Positions 13,685 to 27,806 of a DNA stretch of 64,000 nucleotides are shown here, piece by piece (the stretch's first letter is position 1; every line of letters starts with the position of its first letter). Origin of the DNA: Octopus sinensis (taxonomy: Eukaryota). The stretch covers positions 51,088,001-51,152,000 of the forward strand of contig NC_043003.1 of the NCBI RefSeq assembly GCF_006345805.1, read 5' to 3'. The notes under the pieces are model-generated. The model ran no database searches, had not been told where the DNA came from, and was given only the letters and a program-made list of their open reading frames with translations. A program made the translations under genes and the position numbers.

Positions 13685-13692
13685 TAACTTAC

Positions 13693-13797
13693 ATGAAGAC
13701 TGCCTTTGTTACAGTATTCATTTAATATTAACACTGCACCTTTTTCAATACAGGCGCCAATAAAATGAACCAGGTTTTGGTGGTGTGTTCGGCGAAT
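13693..13797 (-). CDS. Receptor GC kinase-homology exon (IRRTHHQNLVHFIGACIEKGAVLILNEYCNKGSLH)
   Basis: AG / GTAAGT, phase 0/0, 105 nt; H.NL..FIGAC...EYC.KGSL motif. Confidence 0.94.
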
Positions 13798-14244
13798 CTG
13801 AGCAAGTAGATAGTAAAATATATTTAACTAAAACTGTAATTACAGAAATTCAATGAAATTCAAGTATTTTTCATTAAATTATTAATAATCTTCAGGTCTT
13901 GTGCCAAAATTTGAAACAATTATGAATAACATTCTGCTAAACTAAAATATTTATAGATAAAATTGCAATATATTTCGTCTAAATAAAAATAAATATGATT
14001 GAAGTAATAATAAAATCCATCTTAACTGAAACACAATTCGTTGAAGTTCTCCCAGAATAAAATATTTATATTAAATGGTAATATAATTCTGCTGAGCGTA
14101 AATTCAGTAATATCTTTCATCGAAATTCACTTTAACTAACAGTTAATATACTTAGATGATACTAGACATTAACAGAACCAATTTGAGGATGAAAAAACGA
14201 TTAGGAACTTTGACTGGTTCAGATATATATATATATTTTTTTTG

Positions 14245-14810
14245 TCTCTAGTTTCATCTCTGAGCTGCGGCCATGCTGATGCACCGCCGTTTTGCTACAC
14301 TGTTATTACTAAGAGCCTCCTCTAATATGTAGCACTTGGTGAAGAATGGAGTTTGATATAGCTACCCTCATTTGCACCTCTTGCCATGAGGTAGGTTCAT
14401 CTGGGACTCTCGACAGGAAGAGGTCTAGCTTTGATTTAAAAACCCCTACATCTACTTTGTGCAAGTTCCTCAGACTCTTTGGGAGAATATTAAAAAGTTG
14501 TAGGACCTTGAAACCCAGGTTGTTGCAGTAACTGGTCCTGAAGCGTGATGGCGTTGCTGGGATCTTTGGCACTATGCAGTGTCGTCCCGTTCTGGCATTA
14601 GTGTAGTTTTCAATGCCAGAATTTGGCACAATTCCTTCCAGGATCTTCCAGATATATATTACTGCATACCTCTCCCATCTTCTCTCCAGGGAGTAAACTC
14701 TTATCTGTTTCAACCTTTCCCAGTAGCTGAGCTGTTGCAAAGAGACGATCTTCTTTGTGAATCTTCTCTGGGTTGCTTCAAGGTCCGCTATTAATTTCAC
14801 ACTGGTGAGT
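14245..14810 (-). mobile_element. 5'-truncated CR1/L2-clade LINE (ORF2 C-terminus plus 3' tail)
   Basis: ORF 14309-14800 reads LEATQRRFTKKI..LSYWERLKQ..YSLERR; tail aaacggcggtgcatcagcatggccgcagctc. Confidence 0.85.
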
Positions 14811-14941
14811 GACCAATATATATATATATATTGCTTGTCGAGTAATCGTGTTGCATATCACAGTACAGATGTACTTTCAAATCAATCCCTCTCAAACTAT
14901 GTGCGTCATTCTATGCTTTCTGTTTCAGTATTTTCATTTTC

Positions 14942-15478
14942 ATTTTTTAAGGTGCTTTTTTGTTACAACAGTTTTCTTTTTTAAATTTCGACCAAATAAT
15001 TTACTCGGTTATAAATCTAATATACTTCTTTTAAAAACAATGTATACCAGCATGATAGAAATATTTATTTACGAAATGAGGAGACAAATATATATATATT
15101 ATTCTTAAACAAGAATGTAATTGCTAATGACTTCGAAGTTTCGGTCAGTTAAGCCATCATCGGATGAAGGCTTAAATAGCTGAAACTTCGAATTCACTGT
15201 CAATAATATTCTTGTTTAACAATAAAAACTTTGTACTCTACAAAACTATAGAGTAACCTATCAGATTAATGTAAAATAGTTTTTATTACATAAGTGAATA
15301 TAAAAACAAACGTTCTCACACACACACACGTGTGTGTGAACGTTTGTTAGTCTCCTTATTTCGTAAATAAATATTTCTATTATGCTTAAATACATTGTTT
15401 TTAAAAGAAATATATTATCTACATAACCGAGTAAATTCAAAAAACAGAACTCTAAAAAAACACAGTACCTTAAGAAAT
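14942..15478. mobile_element. Nested palindromic Penelope-like relic with two facing hammerhead-like motifs at its centre (about 15161)
   Basis: Outer arms at about 14942-15086 and 15348-15478; inner arms at about 15100-15161 and 15162-15225. It shares sequence with 620-850 (minus) and 5895-5980. Confidence 0.6.
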
Positions 15479-17057
15479 ATATATATATGTGTGTGTGTGT
15501 GTTTTATATTTCATCATACATGAAATATAAATATATTTGCACAGCAAATTATATTTGTAGATATGAACATAATCAAAGATAATCGCCACTGACGAATTAG
15601 TAAACTACTTAATGAATGTTAGGGTGTATCCCGTGATTAACGTCATGCTTTATGCATTGCCAAGAAACTTGACCTCCCTATTCCGAATAGATGTACTATA
15701 ATTTTTTTTCCTCCAAACTACATTTGATTGAACGCACCATCTTTTTGTATATATAGAACCTCTTTGGCAGAAGTGTCTTATATGAGAGTGTTTTTCTGCT
15801 GTTTCGAGCGCAGAGGTTCTCTCGTTGCTAGAGTACTTTTACCTCGCTACATAAGTTCGTCCATCTAAGGTCCCTTTCGATGTAATAATGTCTTGCACAC
15901 TTGTGCTTTTAAAACTTGACCACTCAAAGCAATGAGGAAGTACCTGTGCAGTCACAAGACCTGCTAGAAATAGCAACTAAATTTATCTCAAATGACATCT
16001 TACTTCTTTAAAGAATACATTGGTCAGTGTGTTAATTGACGAGATGATCATAGCTGGAATGCCTTTGACCACAAGTCTACTTGATTACTGTCTGGGGTTA
16101 AACAGTTAGAGCAAAACGATTCAGTTATACAGGACTTCTCAAAACTTCTTTCCCTGTTACCCTTATAAATTTCACACTAAGCGTGACGATTAAAAATGTA
16201 TGGCAACCATTCCTTTCGCGACAGCGTTAGCGGCATACCTGAAGTAAAAGAAGTTAGCCTAACAGAGAATCGAAACCACAGGAAATCAGCATTATGTTTG
16301 AAGAAGGAGCTTATTCGACAATTTTCGGTTGGAAATTTAAAACTTTGTGCTTACACTTTTTCCCTGGTCCTTGCAGTTACTCTGCACTGTCCTCTTATTA
16401 TTATTCATATGACCTAGATATTATTCCAATAGCCAAGTCATTCCATCTAACGTTGGAAACCTCTTGCCTTCAGGCAGGCTTCTCAACGAGGAAAATGGTG
16501 ATGAGAGGTGAAATAGAGCTCAGAACACAACACAATGCATCTCCTCAAACACTGATAATTCCGCTAATCCAAAAATCCTGCACTTGTCTTTTCCTTATTG
16601 ACCCCGAAAGGATGAAAGTAAGTTTAACCTCGGCAGGGTTTGAACTTAGAGCGTAGAGAGTCGGAACATATTCCATAAAGCGTTCTACTTGATGCTCTGA
16701 CAATTCACTGTTTTAATGATAAGTCGTTATATGGTACTGTTAGTAAAACACTAACGATGCCAGCACCAGCAAAAGATAAAAACTGCAGAAAACAGGATAT
16801 AAAGTGTTGCAGTATTTAGTTGCATCATTTTACATTTTGAGTTCGAATTCTGCCTAACTAGACTTTGCTTCGTATCTTTCCAGATTCACGTACTACAATG
16901 TAATCAACTCTGCCCAGTCACTCAAAATTTGACCGCCTGTGTCCATGTTAGAAATCAGTCTAATAGCTGCAGCATGTCTTCCTCTACAAACAAATGATTG
17001 TCACCCAGTTTTGCAAATTTCCACACCACTTTTTTTGCAACGGCTTAATAACTTTTT

Positions 17058-17900
17058 AAACCCCTTAATGGATTATCCCGAGTTTACTCGTGTATCGCAA
17101 ATGTATCTTTTTAGAACCAGACGAGTATACTCGGTCAAAATTAACTATTAATTTTAGCACTCAAACGAGTTTATTTGTTTTGTGTCGTTTCATTTTTGAG
17201 CAATCACGAATTTACTCGCGTTGTCGTACGCCTGGCAGCACATATTCTGGCGCCATTTCAAAGAGTTTACGCTTCTGAGTTTTGAACTTTTACTTCAGTG
17301 CATACTCAGATTCAGGGGGAGGTTGATGTCATTTTAGAACCGTCTCGTTTTGATTCACTATTATTTATACAAATAAGAGAATTATTTACGCACGAAATCA
17401 GGAAGACCATCATCGATCCCACATCCAACAAGATTTTCCCCAGCTGGTCATTTTCCCATGGAAATACCACCATGTGATAAGAAAAAGAACCCTACAAGAC
17501 AGTGTGCAAAATGCGCAGAGAAGAGAGACGCTAAAGGGAAGAAGATTCGAAGGGAAAGCAGATACATGTGTGATGTCTGCAAGATAACTTTGTGTGTAAC
17601 TCCTTCTTTTAAAAATTATCATTCTAAATAAACTGTCTTTCTTATGTTTTAAAATTTTCCTTTGATTTAAAAGCAATACATCTTATAAAAAATCGAAGAT
17701 AGTTAAGTTATATGTATTTTTTCAATGTCCTAGTTAACTCGTTTAAATCCAAATAAGTAAAAATACATTTTAATTTCTATAATAAAAAAATAAATGAAAC
17801 AAGATAAAAAAAAACTTTTTTTGTAATTAAATAAAGGAAATAAAAATAATTGCTCTGAAATGAAACGCCATGTCAAAATAATTGATCCATTAAGAGGATC
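17058..17900. mobile_element. Non-autonomous TIR element, possibly piggyBac-like
   Basis: Inverted ends ccccttaatggat / atccattaagagg; no coding support. Confidence 0.4.
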
Positions 17901-17952
17901 AGTTTATAATTAAATATGGAGGGCTAACGAAGGTTAAAAATAATTCTTATAC

Positions 17953-18030
17953 CTCATTTAATTCCCTAATCAGAGGCTTGCTTAAAACAACATCTGGAAA
18001 AGGTAATCGTTTCACTGCCACAGGCGCTCC
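17953..18030 (-). CDS. Receptor GC kinase-homology exon (GAPVAVKRLPFPDVVLSKPLIRELNE)
   Basis: ttttgcAG / GTATAA, phase 0/0, 78 nt; VAVK motif. Confidence 0.9.
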
Positions 18031-19725
18031 CTGCAAAAGAATACGAAAATGAAAAGTATGAAATAACTCAATGGGTCGATGGTTTGATCACGATGGTCCT
18101 GGGCTCTTGTATTATGTCAAGTGCAAATTTATAAGGTGAACTTATTATTTATTCAAGTGAGGCGGGACAGTGCTCATGAAGGACGACTTCTAAAGTTAAT
18201 GGAATATTATGCTAACATAATAATTCATCACCTTTATTATTGGTTACTATAAATGAATATGTGGAGGTGCAATGGCCCAGTGGTTAGGGCAGTGGACTCG
18301 CGGTCGTAGAATTTCGGTTTCGATTCCCAGACCGGGCGTTGTGAGTGTTTATTGAGCGAAAACAACAAAAGCTCCGCGAGGCTCCGGCAGGGGGGGGTGG
18401 CGATCCCTGCTGTACGCTTTCGCCACAACTTTCTCTCACTCTTTCTTCTGTTGGCCTGCTCGCTTAGCCAGCGGGGTAGCATCATTTGAAGGCTAAAACA
18501 ATGCGAAGTGCATTGTGACCAGCGATGTGTAGCAACATCTGATAGCCTGGTCGACCACGGTGATAAATGAATATAAAATATCGACTATAATTAGATGATC
18601 TAATAGACTTTAAAGGGATATATGAATGTGTAAAAAGATATATTAAATACACAAAGAAACTTATCAATTTTTTTTTCTTCTACCGATTAACAATTATATT
18701 TTCTTTTCGTTGCTTTCACGGATTTCCATGACTCTCTACCATCATTCGGTCCTATTATTATGAATTCGAATTGGGAGCTTGAGTCATAGTGAATTTTTCA
18801 TTAGCTGATTATACAGCCATGGGTGCCACCCCTTTGAATGCGTTGCAGTTACTCTCTTGATAGAGCTTGACGGTCCTGACCATTGATCTTCTAAGATTAC
18901 TCTACCCAGCATCAATGTAAGAAGCACCATTGGCTCAGTTGAGTTCTTCTGCTACCTCTTCACAATCCGCCACGCTGCAGCCCCATGATTTTGCCGTGTC
19001 TCTGGGTGGCTGAACAGGTGCTGTGCCTTGCTAAAGGGCAGCTTGTAACTAAGTAGGGCACGGTCGTCACTCCGTGAGGTATTTTCAGAATGCCCGCATA
19101 TAAATATGTATAACATTTACACTATAAAATCGAACTCAGGACTACCGACCAACGAACGACCAATTACTTTTTACAGTGCTTTCGCACTGTAAGACATATA
19201 TATTTAAATAAGTTCCCTTCATTTGAGTGCTAGTAAGTTGAAAAAGAAAGGTACGACCGATAGTGTAGACCTTGATACGATAAAGCGATAAACGTCGCCC
19301 TTTTCAAGCCTAGCCAGGCTCACGGGCCCCGTTTTCCGGTTTCTGTGTTCCCCCCAGCTGGACGGGACGCCAGTCCATCGCAGCGTTACTCAAGAAACAG
19401 TGAGAGAAAGCTGTAGCAAAAGAGTACAACAGGGGTCGCCACCACCCCCTGCCGGAGCCTCGTGGAGCTTTTTTAGGTGTTTTTGTTCAATAAACACACA
19501 CACAACGCCGGTCTGGGAATCGAAACCGCGATCCTCCGACCGCGAGTCCGCTGCTCTAACCACCGGACCATTGCGCCTCCACAGACCTTGATACACTTAC
19601 GGTTAACTAAGAGGCTAGACAACAATAGAAACATAATTTAGAATGATGTTCACACCTAGTTACAATTCGCTCTTAGTTTACACTGAAATTGAAATTCAGC
19701 TATGTATATAACAAATAGGTGTTAC

Positions 19726-19806
19726 CTTGTAAATAGCTGTCTGAATAAATATTTGATTTTCTGAAACAATTGAAGCTATTTTCGATTTGGATGACTGAGC
19801 ACTAAT
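19726..19806 (-). CDS. Receptor GC exon (ISAQSSKSKIASIVSENQIFIQTAIYK)
   Basis: ttttttcAG / GTAAC, phase 0/0, 81 nt; Q.F..TA.YK precedes the kinase-homology domain. Confidence 0.88.
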
Positions 19807-20733
19807 CTGAAAAAAAAACAACAGAATCATGAAAGAAAAAAAATGAGGATATTCTCTGACCAATTGAAATAGCTGAGAAGAGAATAAGAGTGCCTATATA
19901 TGTTTATGAGTTTTAACGTGTCTGCGTAATTTATAAGTACATTTGTTCATATGACTGCATTCGTGTTTCTGTGTCTGCTTGTGAATGTTTTCGCATATGT
20001 GAGAGCACGTGTACTTGTGTTTGATTGTGTATGCGTGCGTACTGATGATGTGTATTTGCTTGTGGCGACGCATAATGTTATGATGTGTGTATGTATGGGC
20101 GTGCAACGTACTAATGGATACTACGTGTATATGTGAGAGTGTGCCCGCACGCCCATTAGACGAAACATTGATAAACTGCTTTTATGTGTATGTAATGATT
20201 TTCAGGCTCTGGCAAAAGATCGCAAACTTTTGGCTAAGAAGCATGAACGACAAAATCGACCATGGTGAAGTTTAAACTTGTAACGAAACACCATGGAGCG
20301 TTTTAGTCCGTGCAGCGAGGGAAATATAAAGGAAAATAGAAGCTGATGCTGCATAGCTTGATCGAAAAGACGAACCTAGGAAAACACTATCCAATGCATC
20401 CTTTCTTAAGACGATCAGAGGCAATTTGAGGGATATTCTGCTGCTATTTCTAGCTCCTTTGTTAGTTCGTTGTTTATCCCGGAACGGAATCTGATCAAGC
20501 AAGCTCATGTTTGACATTATTCCCTGTCGTCGCGATCACTCCAGCTTTTAAAGGGTATACCTTTGACAACGTTATATAAAGTATGCTTTCAGTTTTCAAA
20601 AATGGTAGAATGTAATTTGAGAAAAAGTCTTGGTTGCTGCTGTTTCTAGCAGGTCGAGTGACCAGGTTGAAACACCGTTGTTTTTTTTTTGTTAATTTGT
20701 GTATGCTGGTGGTACTCAAGAATTGGTTATAGA

Positions 20734-20770
20734 GACTAAAGTTTCAAGTGAGCTCTTTCATCAGAGAAAA
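20734..20770 (-). ncRNA. Hammerhead core without stem I, next to a Penelope-like relic
   Basis: CTGATGA-aag-agctca-ctt-GAAA-cttta-GTC. The sequence 3' of GTC does not pair with the 5' arm. Confidence 0.4.
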
Positions 20771-20789
20771 ATGTGTCTAACTGAATACC

Positions 20790-21381
20790 ATGATATTCTA
20801 TTTGTAATAGAATATCCAGTAATTTTTGCTAGTTTATTTTGTCGTTTTTGAGATGTATTTGGATAGTCTTTTAGACTGAAAACGATACGACTCGGTTTGT
20901 ATAGACGGTCCATGTTGGCCTCCGCAGTTGGCTGTGGAGGCCATCACACAAGAAGAACTAATTGAGGTCAGGAGGACCTGCAATAATGAAGATTTTGTGT
21001 CCTTCCGTCCGGGCCTGCCAATACAGGCTTTCCTGCAGGCGGCAGGAAACTTACTTGGGAGCCCGGACAAGGAAGATGAATGAAAAACGAATTTTTGTTT
21101 TTGGAATTTTTAAACTTGTATTTAATTACTGTATATTAATTTTTCTTGATTTTAAATTGAACAGTGTTTTCGTGGGGTTATCGGTCCTTTTTGTCTTCTC
21201 TCCTGGTGCTATATGAATATTTAATGTGGTTTTAGAGTCAAGTTTTGGCTGCTATTTCCAGCGTGGAGGTATCTCTTAGATACCCTAAATTATAATTTTA
21301 ATAATAATTATTACCTTTGAAGGTTTTTATTCCCATGCTGGCCACTTGATAAGATCAATATTAAATTAACGATCTTATCCT

Positions 21382-21383
<2 letters not shown>
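20790..21383. mobile_element. Longer member of the 6616-7003 family (Penelope-like relic)
   Basis: Shares tatccagtaa..tttttgctagtttattttgtc, the arm sequence and the tail with 6770-7003; ends in (TA)n. Confidence 0.55.
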
Positions 21384-21419
<36 letters not shown>

Positions 21420-21438
21420 ATATATAATATATATATAT

Positions 21439-22435
21439 TGTTGTGAATAGTTCAGTTCACGGTACTTCTTGACCTACTTTGCTTGGCTTGGAGACTGAAA
21501 GTCTACAATACAAAGTTATAGTCCTTTGTTTTAGAAAGAGTGGTGGCTTCTGGAAGGACCCCTCCCCTTTTGCCGGTCAGGGAAGGGTCAAAGAAACTAT
21601 CTTATAAAAAGGAGCTGTGAGTCTGTAGATCAGTTCCAGTCGAGGACAGAGCAAGTTAGTAACAGGTTGTTTCTGCTGTGACTGAGAAAGACAGACACAG
21701 AGAACTGAGAGATGACAGGCGAGAGCGTGGGAGGATGACAGCGTTGAGAAAGACAGACACAGAGAACTGAGAGCGAGAGAGGGATTACGACGGATAGAAG
21801 GCATGGCTATTGTAGTAGGAGTTGTAACTAGAAATTGAAACGGTATGTGTTGTTGAATTGTAACGTGAATTGTTGTATTGATGTTGAAATGTAAAAGAGT
21901 TGATGTGCTGAGTAAAGGGCTTGTTGATGTGTCATAAAGAACAATGTGAATTGTATTGATAAGTGCTAAAGAAAAAAGAAGGAAAAATACAAGAAAAGAA
22001 CTCTGAACTGTATCATTAATGTGTACGTTAATTGAACGTTATTTGTTTTAATTGGATTCGAACTATTGTCTCTGAACTGTATATTGCATCTGCATGCTTT
22101 GATCTGTTGCATGTATTTTCTTTGATTTATTTGATTTGTTGTATACCTGTTGTTTCTTTCTTTGATATATCTGATGTATCTTTAAATGTATTTGATGTTG
22201 TAATGATTGTCATAAACTAGTTGTTAAATGTAAGCCAATTGCCTCTGTGTGTCTCTCTCTGTGTCTCTTCCTGCTGCTGTTGTTGTTGTTGTTATCTCTC
22301 TCCTCTCTGAGTTACGTGGCGAACATTCGTCGATCGATCGAGCCTGGTCAATCGTCGTCGCTCGACTTGTTGGGATCCCGGGTTCGAGTTCGAGCGACGG
22401 CAGGTGGGATTCCGTAACAGCTTTCGGAGGTCCGT

Positions 22436-22439
<4 letters not shown>
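21439..22439. mobile_element. Probable solo LTR inserted in (TA)n
   Basis: TGTT...AACA termini, ATAT on both sides, about 1.0 kb, TATAAAA near 21603, non-coding. Confidence 0.6.
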
Positions 22440-22483
<44 letters not shown>

Positions 22484-22486
22484 CTC

Positions 22487-22690
22487 ATAAACAAGGGCAA
22501 AAGAAAAATTTCTAATGCCAAATACGCCGAAATCGTCTTGACGATTAAGTCTATTTCGGCGTATTTGGCATTAGAATTTTTTTCTTTTGCCCTTGCTTAT
22601 AAATAGTTTATAAATTTAACCTTTAAAGGTATTTTTCAATATGCTGGCCATTGATAAATTCTTTTTTTCTAAAGAAGTTTATCCTATATT
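22487..22690. mobile_element. Short fold-back element in (TA)n, related tail
   Basis: Arms at about 22487-22533 and 22553-22600; tail acctttaaaggt...atgctggccattgataa. Confidence 0.6.
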
Positions 22691-22692
22691 AG

Positions 22693-22723
<31 letters not shown>

Positions 22724-24184
22724 CAGTTGCGGCCAAAATGTTCAGAACGGCATTGTTTTCGTCAGAAAAGTAGGTATAAGTTTTTATCAAAGTTGTTTTA
22801 TATTCTATAATTTCCACAGACAATAAATACGATATTATTTGTTATGGTCTGATATTTTGGTGTAATTTGATAGGATAATACAAAAGTTATGGATGATTTA
22901 GTGATTTACTGCAAAACCCATGGCGGCCAAAATGATCAGAACGGTTGCTTTTACTTCATGTTTTAGAATATTTAACCAGCGAACTCTAATGTTTTGAATT
23001 TGTTTACGTGGCGGTTCATTTACTAAACACGCCCTAAGAATATCTGCAGTGTATTTTGTTAATATAATGCCACTTACTCCGTTACCAATTCGTCAGCAGA
23101 TTATTAAGCTTCGAAAGAAGGATAATTTAAGTATTGGATCTATTGCAAAGATTGTTAACAAGTCAAAAAGTGTTGTTCACGGTATTCTTAAGGTCTACGA
23201 TGATTGTGGTTCGTGTGAAGCAAGAATGTCTACAGGTAGGCCAAGAAAAACGACCAAGAGAGAAGATCGTGCTATGGTAAGATTGGTTAAAAAGGTTAGA
23301 TTTAAAACTGCTGCTGCTGTTTCTCGGGAAATGAGTATTGTACTGAAGAAAACTTTATCTCGAAAAATTGTCTCGTCGTTTAGTTGAACATGACCTACAA
23401 GCAAGAGCACCTGCAGTGAAGCCACTGATCAGCTCCAAGAATAAAAAGTGTCGTCTTACCTTTGCAACCGAACATGTGTTGTGGTCTCAAGAAAAATGGC
23501 AAACAGTGCATTTCAGTGATGAATCTAAGTCTATGTTATTTGGCTCAGATGGGAAAAGGTACGTTCGTCGAAAAGCAGGTGAAAAATTGTCGCCTAAATG
23601 CCTTAAGACTAGTGTTAAATTCGGTGGAGGATGTGTCATGGTTCGGGGGATGATATCTGGAGATGGTGTGGGCCGTTTGGTGTGATTACATGGAAAGGTA
23701 AATGCAGGAGTTTATAAGCAACTTGTAAAAGATCGTGTCTTGCCTGTGCTGAGAAATTCAACTAAGCGACCACCCATATTCATGCAGGACAATGCCCCAT
23801 GTCACAAGGCTAAGGCGGTCATGAACTTCCTCAAGGCTGAAAAGGTTATTATTATGGATTGGCTTGCTCAAAGCCCAGATCTCAATCCTATTGAAAACAT
23901 ATGCTGGAGTCGGAAAGACTACATCCAGGTCTCCTGGAGAACGTTCGAAAGCCAGAAATCCTAAAACAACCGAGCAATTATGGAATGCCCTTCAGGAAGA
24001 ATGGAATAAGATCACCCAGCAAGAAATTGAAAATTTAATTTCCTCATGCAGTCGAAGATGTCAAAGTTTGATTGAAGCTAAAGGGCTTCACACTAAATAT
24101 GAAATAATTCCAGCATTCTCTGTCATTTTTGATTATTTTGTTATTTTTTCAACCGTTCTGATCATTTTGGCCGGCATGTCTGTA
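22724..24184 (+). mobile_element. Tc1-family transposon (DD34E), near full length, frameshifted
   Basis: TA-CAG terminus. The repeat ggccaaaatg.tcagaacgg occurs at about 22731 and 22925 and inverted at about 24150-24172. GRPRK, FSDES, QDNAPCH and SPDLNPIEN motifs; stop at about 23683. Confidence 0.92.
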
Positions 24185-24356
24185 AAGAATAAGATATTTT
24201 GAATGACTCAACGATGCACTATAATAGGGCTATCTGAAGAAGGAACTTTTATTCCGAAATATCATATCAGACTATGGATAATTAAATTACAAGTTATTAT
24301 AGTCCATTGTTTGTATTATAGTGCATTGTTGTATCATTCAAAACATTCTAGTCTTT

Positions 24357-24398
<42 letters not shown>

Positions 24399-24493
24399 AA
24401 GTGAGACAAATAGATCTAGAGACGATAGCCTAGGATGATAGTCGAACCAACTAGTCCTTCTGTCTTTGCAGTTTAACAATGATTTTACCTTAC

Positions 24494-24529
24494 CTTCCCA
24501 TGATGCTGAGATAAATTAGTGGAGGGTTT
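24494..24529 (-). CDS. Candidate in-frame microexon of the receptor GC (KPSTNLSQHHGK)
   Basis: ttttacttacatcccaaaacAG acceptor, AAG|GTAAG donor, 36 nt, phase 0/0 within a phase-0 intron. No homology support. Confidence 0.35.
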
Positions 24530-25258
24530 CTGTTTTGGGATGTAAGTAAAATTCTGTCCGGCACAACTCAGTTACACAATGATGGTCGTCTTTAATTACT
24601 AGAGCACCACCTCAGCGTAGGCTATAAATTAAAAAGTCATGTAGTTTTGCTGTTCGAACCAACTAAAAAAAAAGAGGGTTAAATCTCTTTCTTATTTCAT
24701 TCGTCACTCTGTCAAACCAACCCAGCCGATGAGATTTCTTTCTCGTTCTGTCAAAATTTCGTAGTTTTAACAAGGTCAGCATCATTAACCTAAAATTTTC
24801 AGTCACGCGATTGTTATTCTATGGAATTTGAAATCAAATTTAAAGCAGCTAACACTGCAAAATGAATAAGAAATAGAAAACCATATGTTTTAAATGAACA
24901 CGCTTTACTAATGAATGTCTAGGGTGTGAGGACTGAAATGCAAAGCGGATCTTTTTCTTGGTGTGATTTAAGCCAGGTCAGTCTTCATTTAACAGGCCTG
25001 TAATAAAAACCATTCTAGCTGGCTCCTATTTTTAGAAAATTGCAAAAAATTGTAGAGAGATGAAAATGTATCAATAGTTTCTAATTTGCCTGGATCGTTT
25101 CTGATCGAGCAAATGTATTTGTATATTATTTATACGACGTATGCATATGTATATATCTTGTCATATATTTTGTGTGTGTATTATGAATCGGTGTCTTCTT
25201 TTGCGCTTATGCAAGTGAGTTTGAATACACAGTTTATTAAGATTGAAATTATACCAAC

Positions 25259-25376
25259 TTGACTTCCACAAAAGTTCACACTGGCGCCACTACGGAGTTT
25301 GGTGGTACCAAATTTGATTTCGCTTAGGTCAATCCTCCATCCCATAGCCTCCATATTCTTCTTCTCCTGGTTTCGC
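25259..25376 (-). CDS. Receptor GC intracellular juxtamembrane exon (RNQEKKNMEAMGWRIDLSEIKFG...GSQ)
   Basis: ttctAG acceptor, phase 2; W.I...EI motif. The donor CAA|GTTGGT was chosen because it gives phase 0; it is a weaker donor. Confidence 0.82.
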
Positions 25377-25660
25377 CTAGAATGAATAAGATAAACAGCA
25401 AGACAGAACGAGACACATAAATTATTTATCTAAATGTGTGCATATATGTGTATACACGCACACATAAACACACATCAACATAAGAATATGTATGCAGATA
25501 CATACACATATATCAATACATATTTATTAGTATTGAGAAGCGGTAAGCGTAGCACAATACTTATGAATAAACCAAACAAAGGAAAGAACTCCAGCACTGC
25601 TTCGAATAGTGGAAAACTCGCCTGGACTGATGCACTGTTTCAAATGGAGAATACTTTGAA

Positions 25661-26875
<1,215 letters not shown>

Positions 26876-27806
26876 TGAAGGCGATAAAAGTGTAAGCATG
26901 TAAAACTAAGTGATTAAATAATATTGCAAAATTCCGGTTTCTTTGGGGTACCCCATCGTACAGTGGCGTAGCTGGAGTGTACGCTGGCTGGACAGCCCTT
27001 GATTTTGCCACTCACCCCCGGGTCCCCTGCCTCCCAAACCTTATATAGCTTATACATGCTTATACAACAAACTCAAATGTACCACACCCATAAAAGTGTC
27101 GTCTGGGGCGGACCGAACTTCTCACCTGCACACCACACCTATCCACACTACTAAATATACCACGGCTGAGTGGTTAAGCAATTCACTTAAAAACCTTGAG
27201 GTCCTGGACCTGATCCCACTGCGTTGTGTCCTGAACAAGTGTCTTGTACCATTGCCTCAGACCTACCCAAGCCTTTTGAGTGAAATTTGGTAGAAGAAAA
27301 GTATGGAGGTCCGTCGGGCCAACTTTACTTGAATTTAATTAATTTAATTGAAAAGATTAGTCTCGCGTCCGTCTGTAATTTCACTGATTCTGCCTGCGGC
27401 TGACTTTGAGGTAACTTGCGTATAGAATACTCAGCCACTTATCCTATAATTTCGTAAGAAGGCAAGTCAGTAATTCGAACATCTCGAAGACTCATCATTA
27501 ACATCGGTTTCAAATTTTTGCATAAGGCCAGCAAATTATTGAGAGGAGGTAAGTCGATTACATCGACCCAGGTATTCACTCAACTGCCACTTATTTTAAT
27601 GACTCCGAAAAGATGAAAGGCAAAGTTGACCTCGGCGGAGTTTGAACTCAGAACGTGAAGACAGACGAAATGCCGCCTAACATTTTGCCTGTTGTGCTAA
27701 CGATTCTGCTTGATGACCACCTTGCTTACCGTCAATATCGACGGAGATCCCATTTATTTTTCAACCGGAATAAAGTTTACAGAGTATATGGTATACATGA
27801 CCTTAC

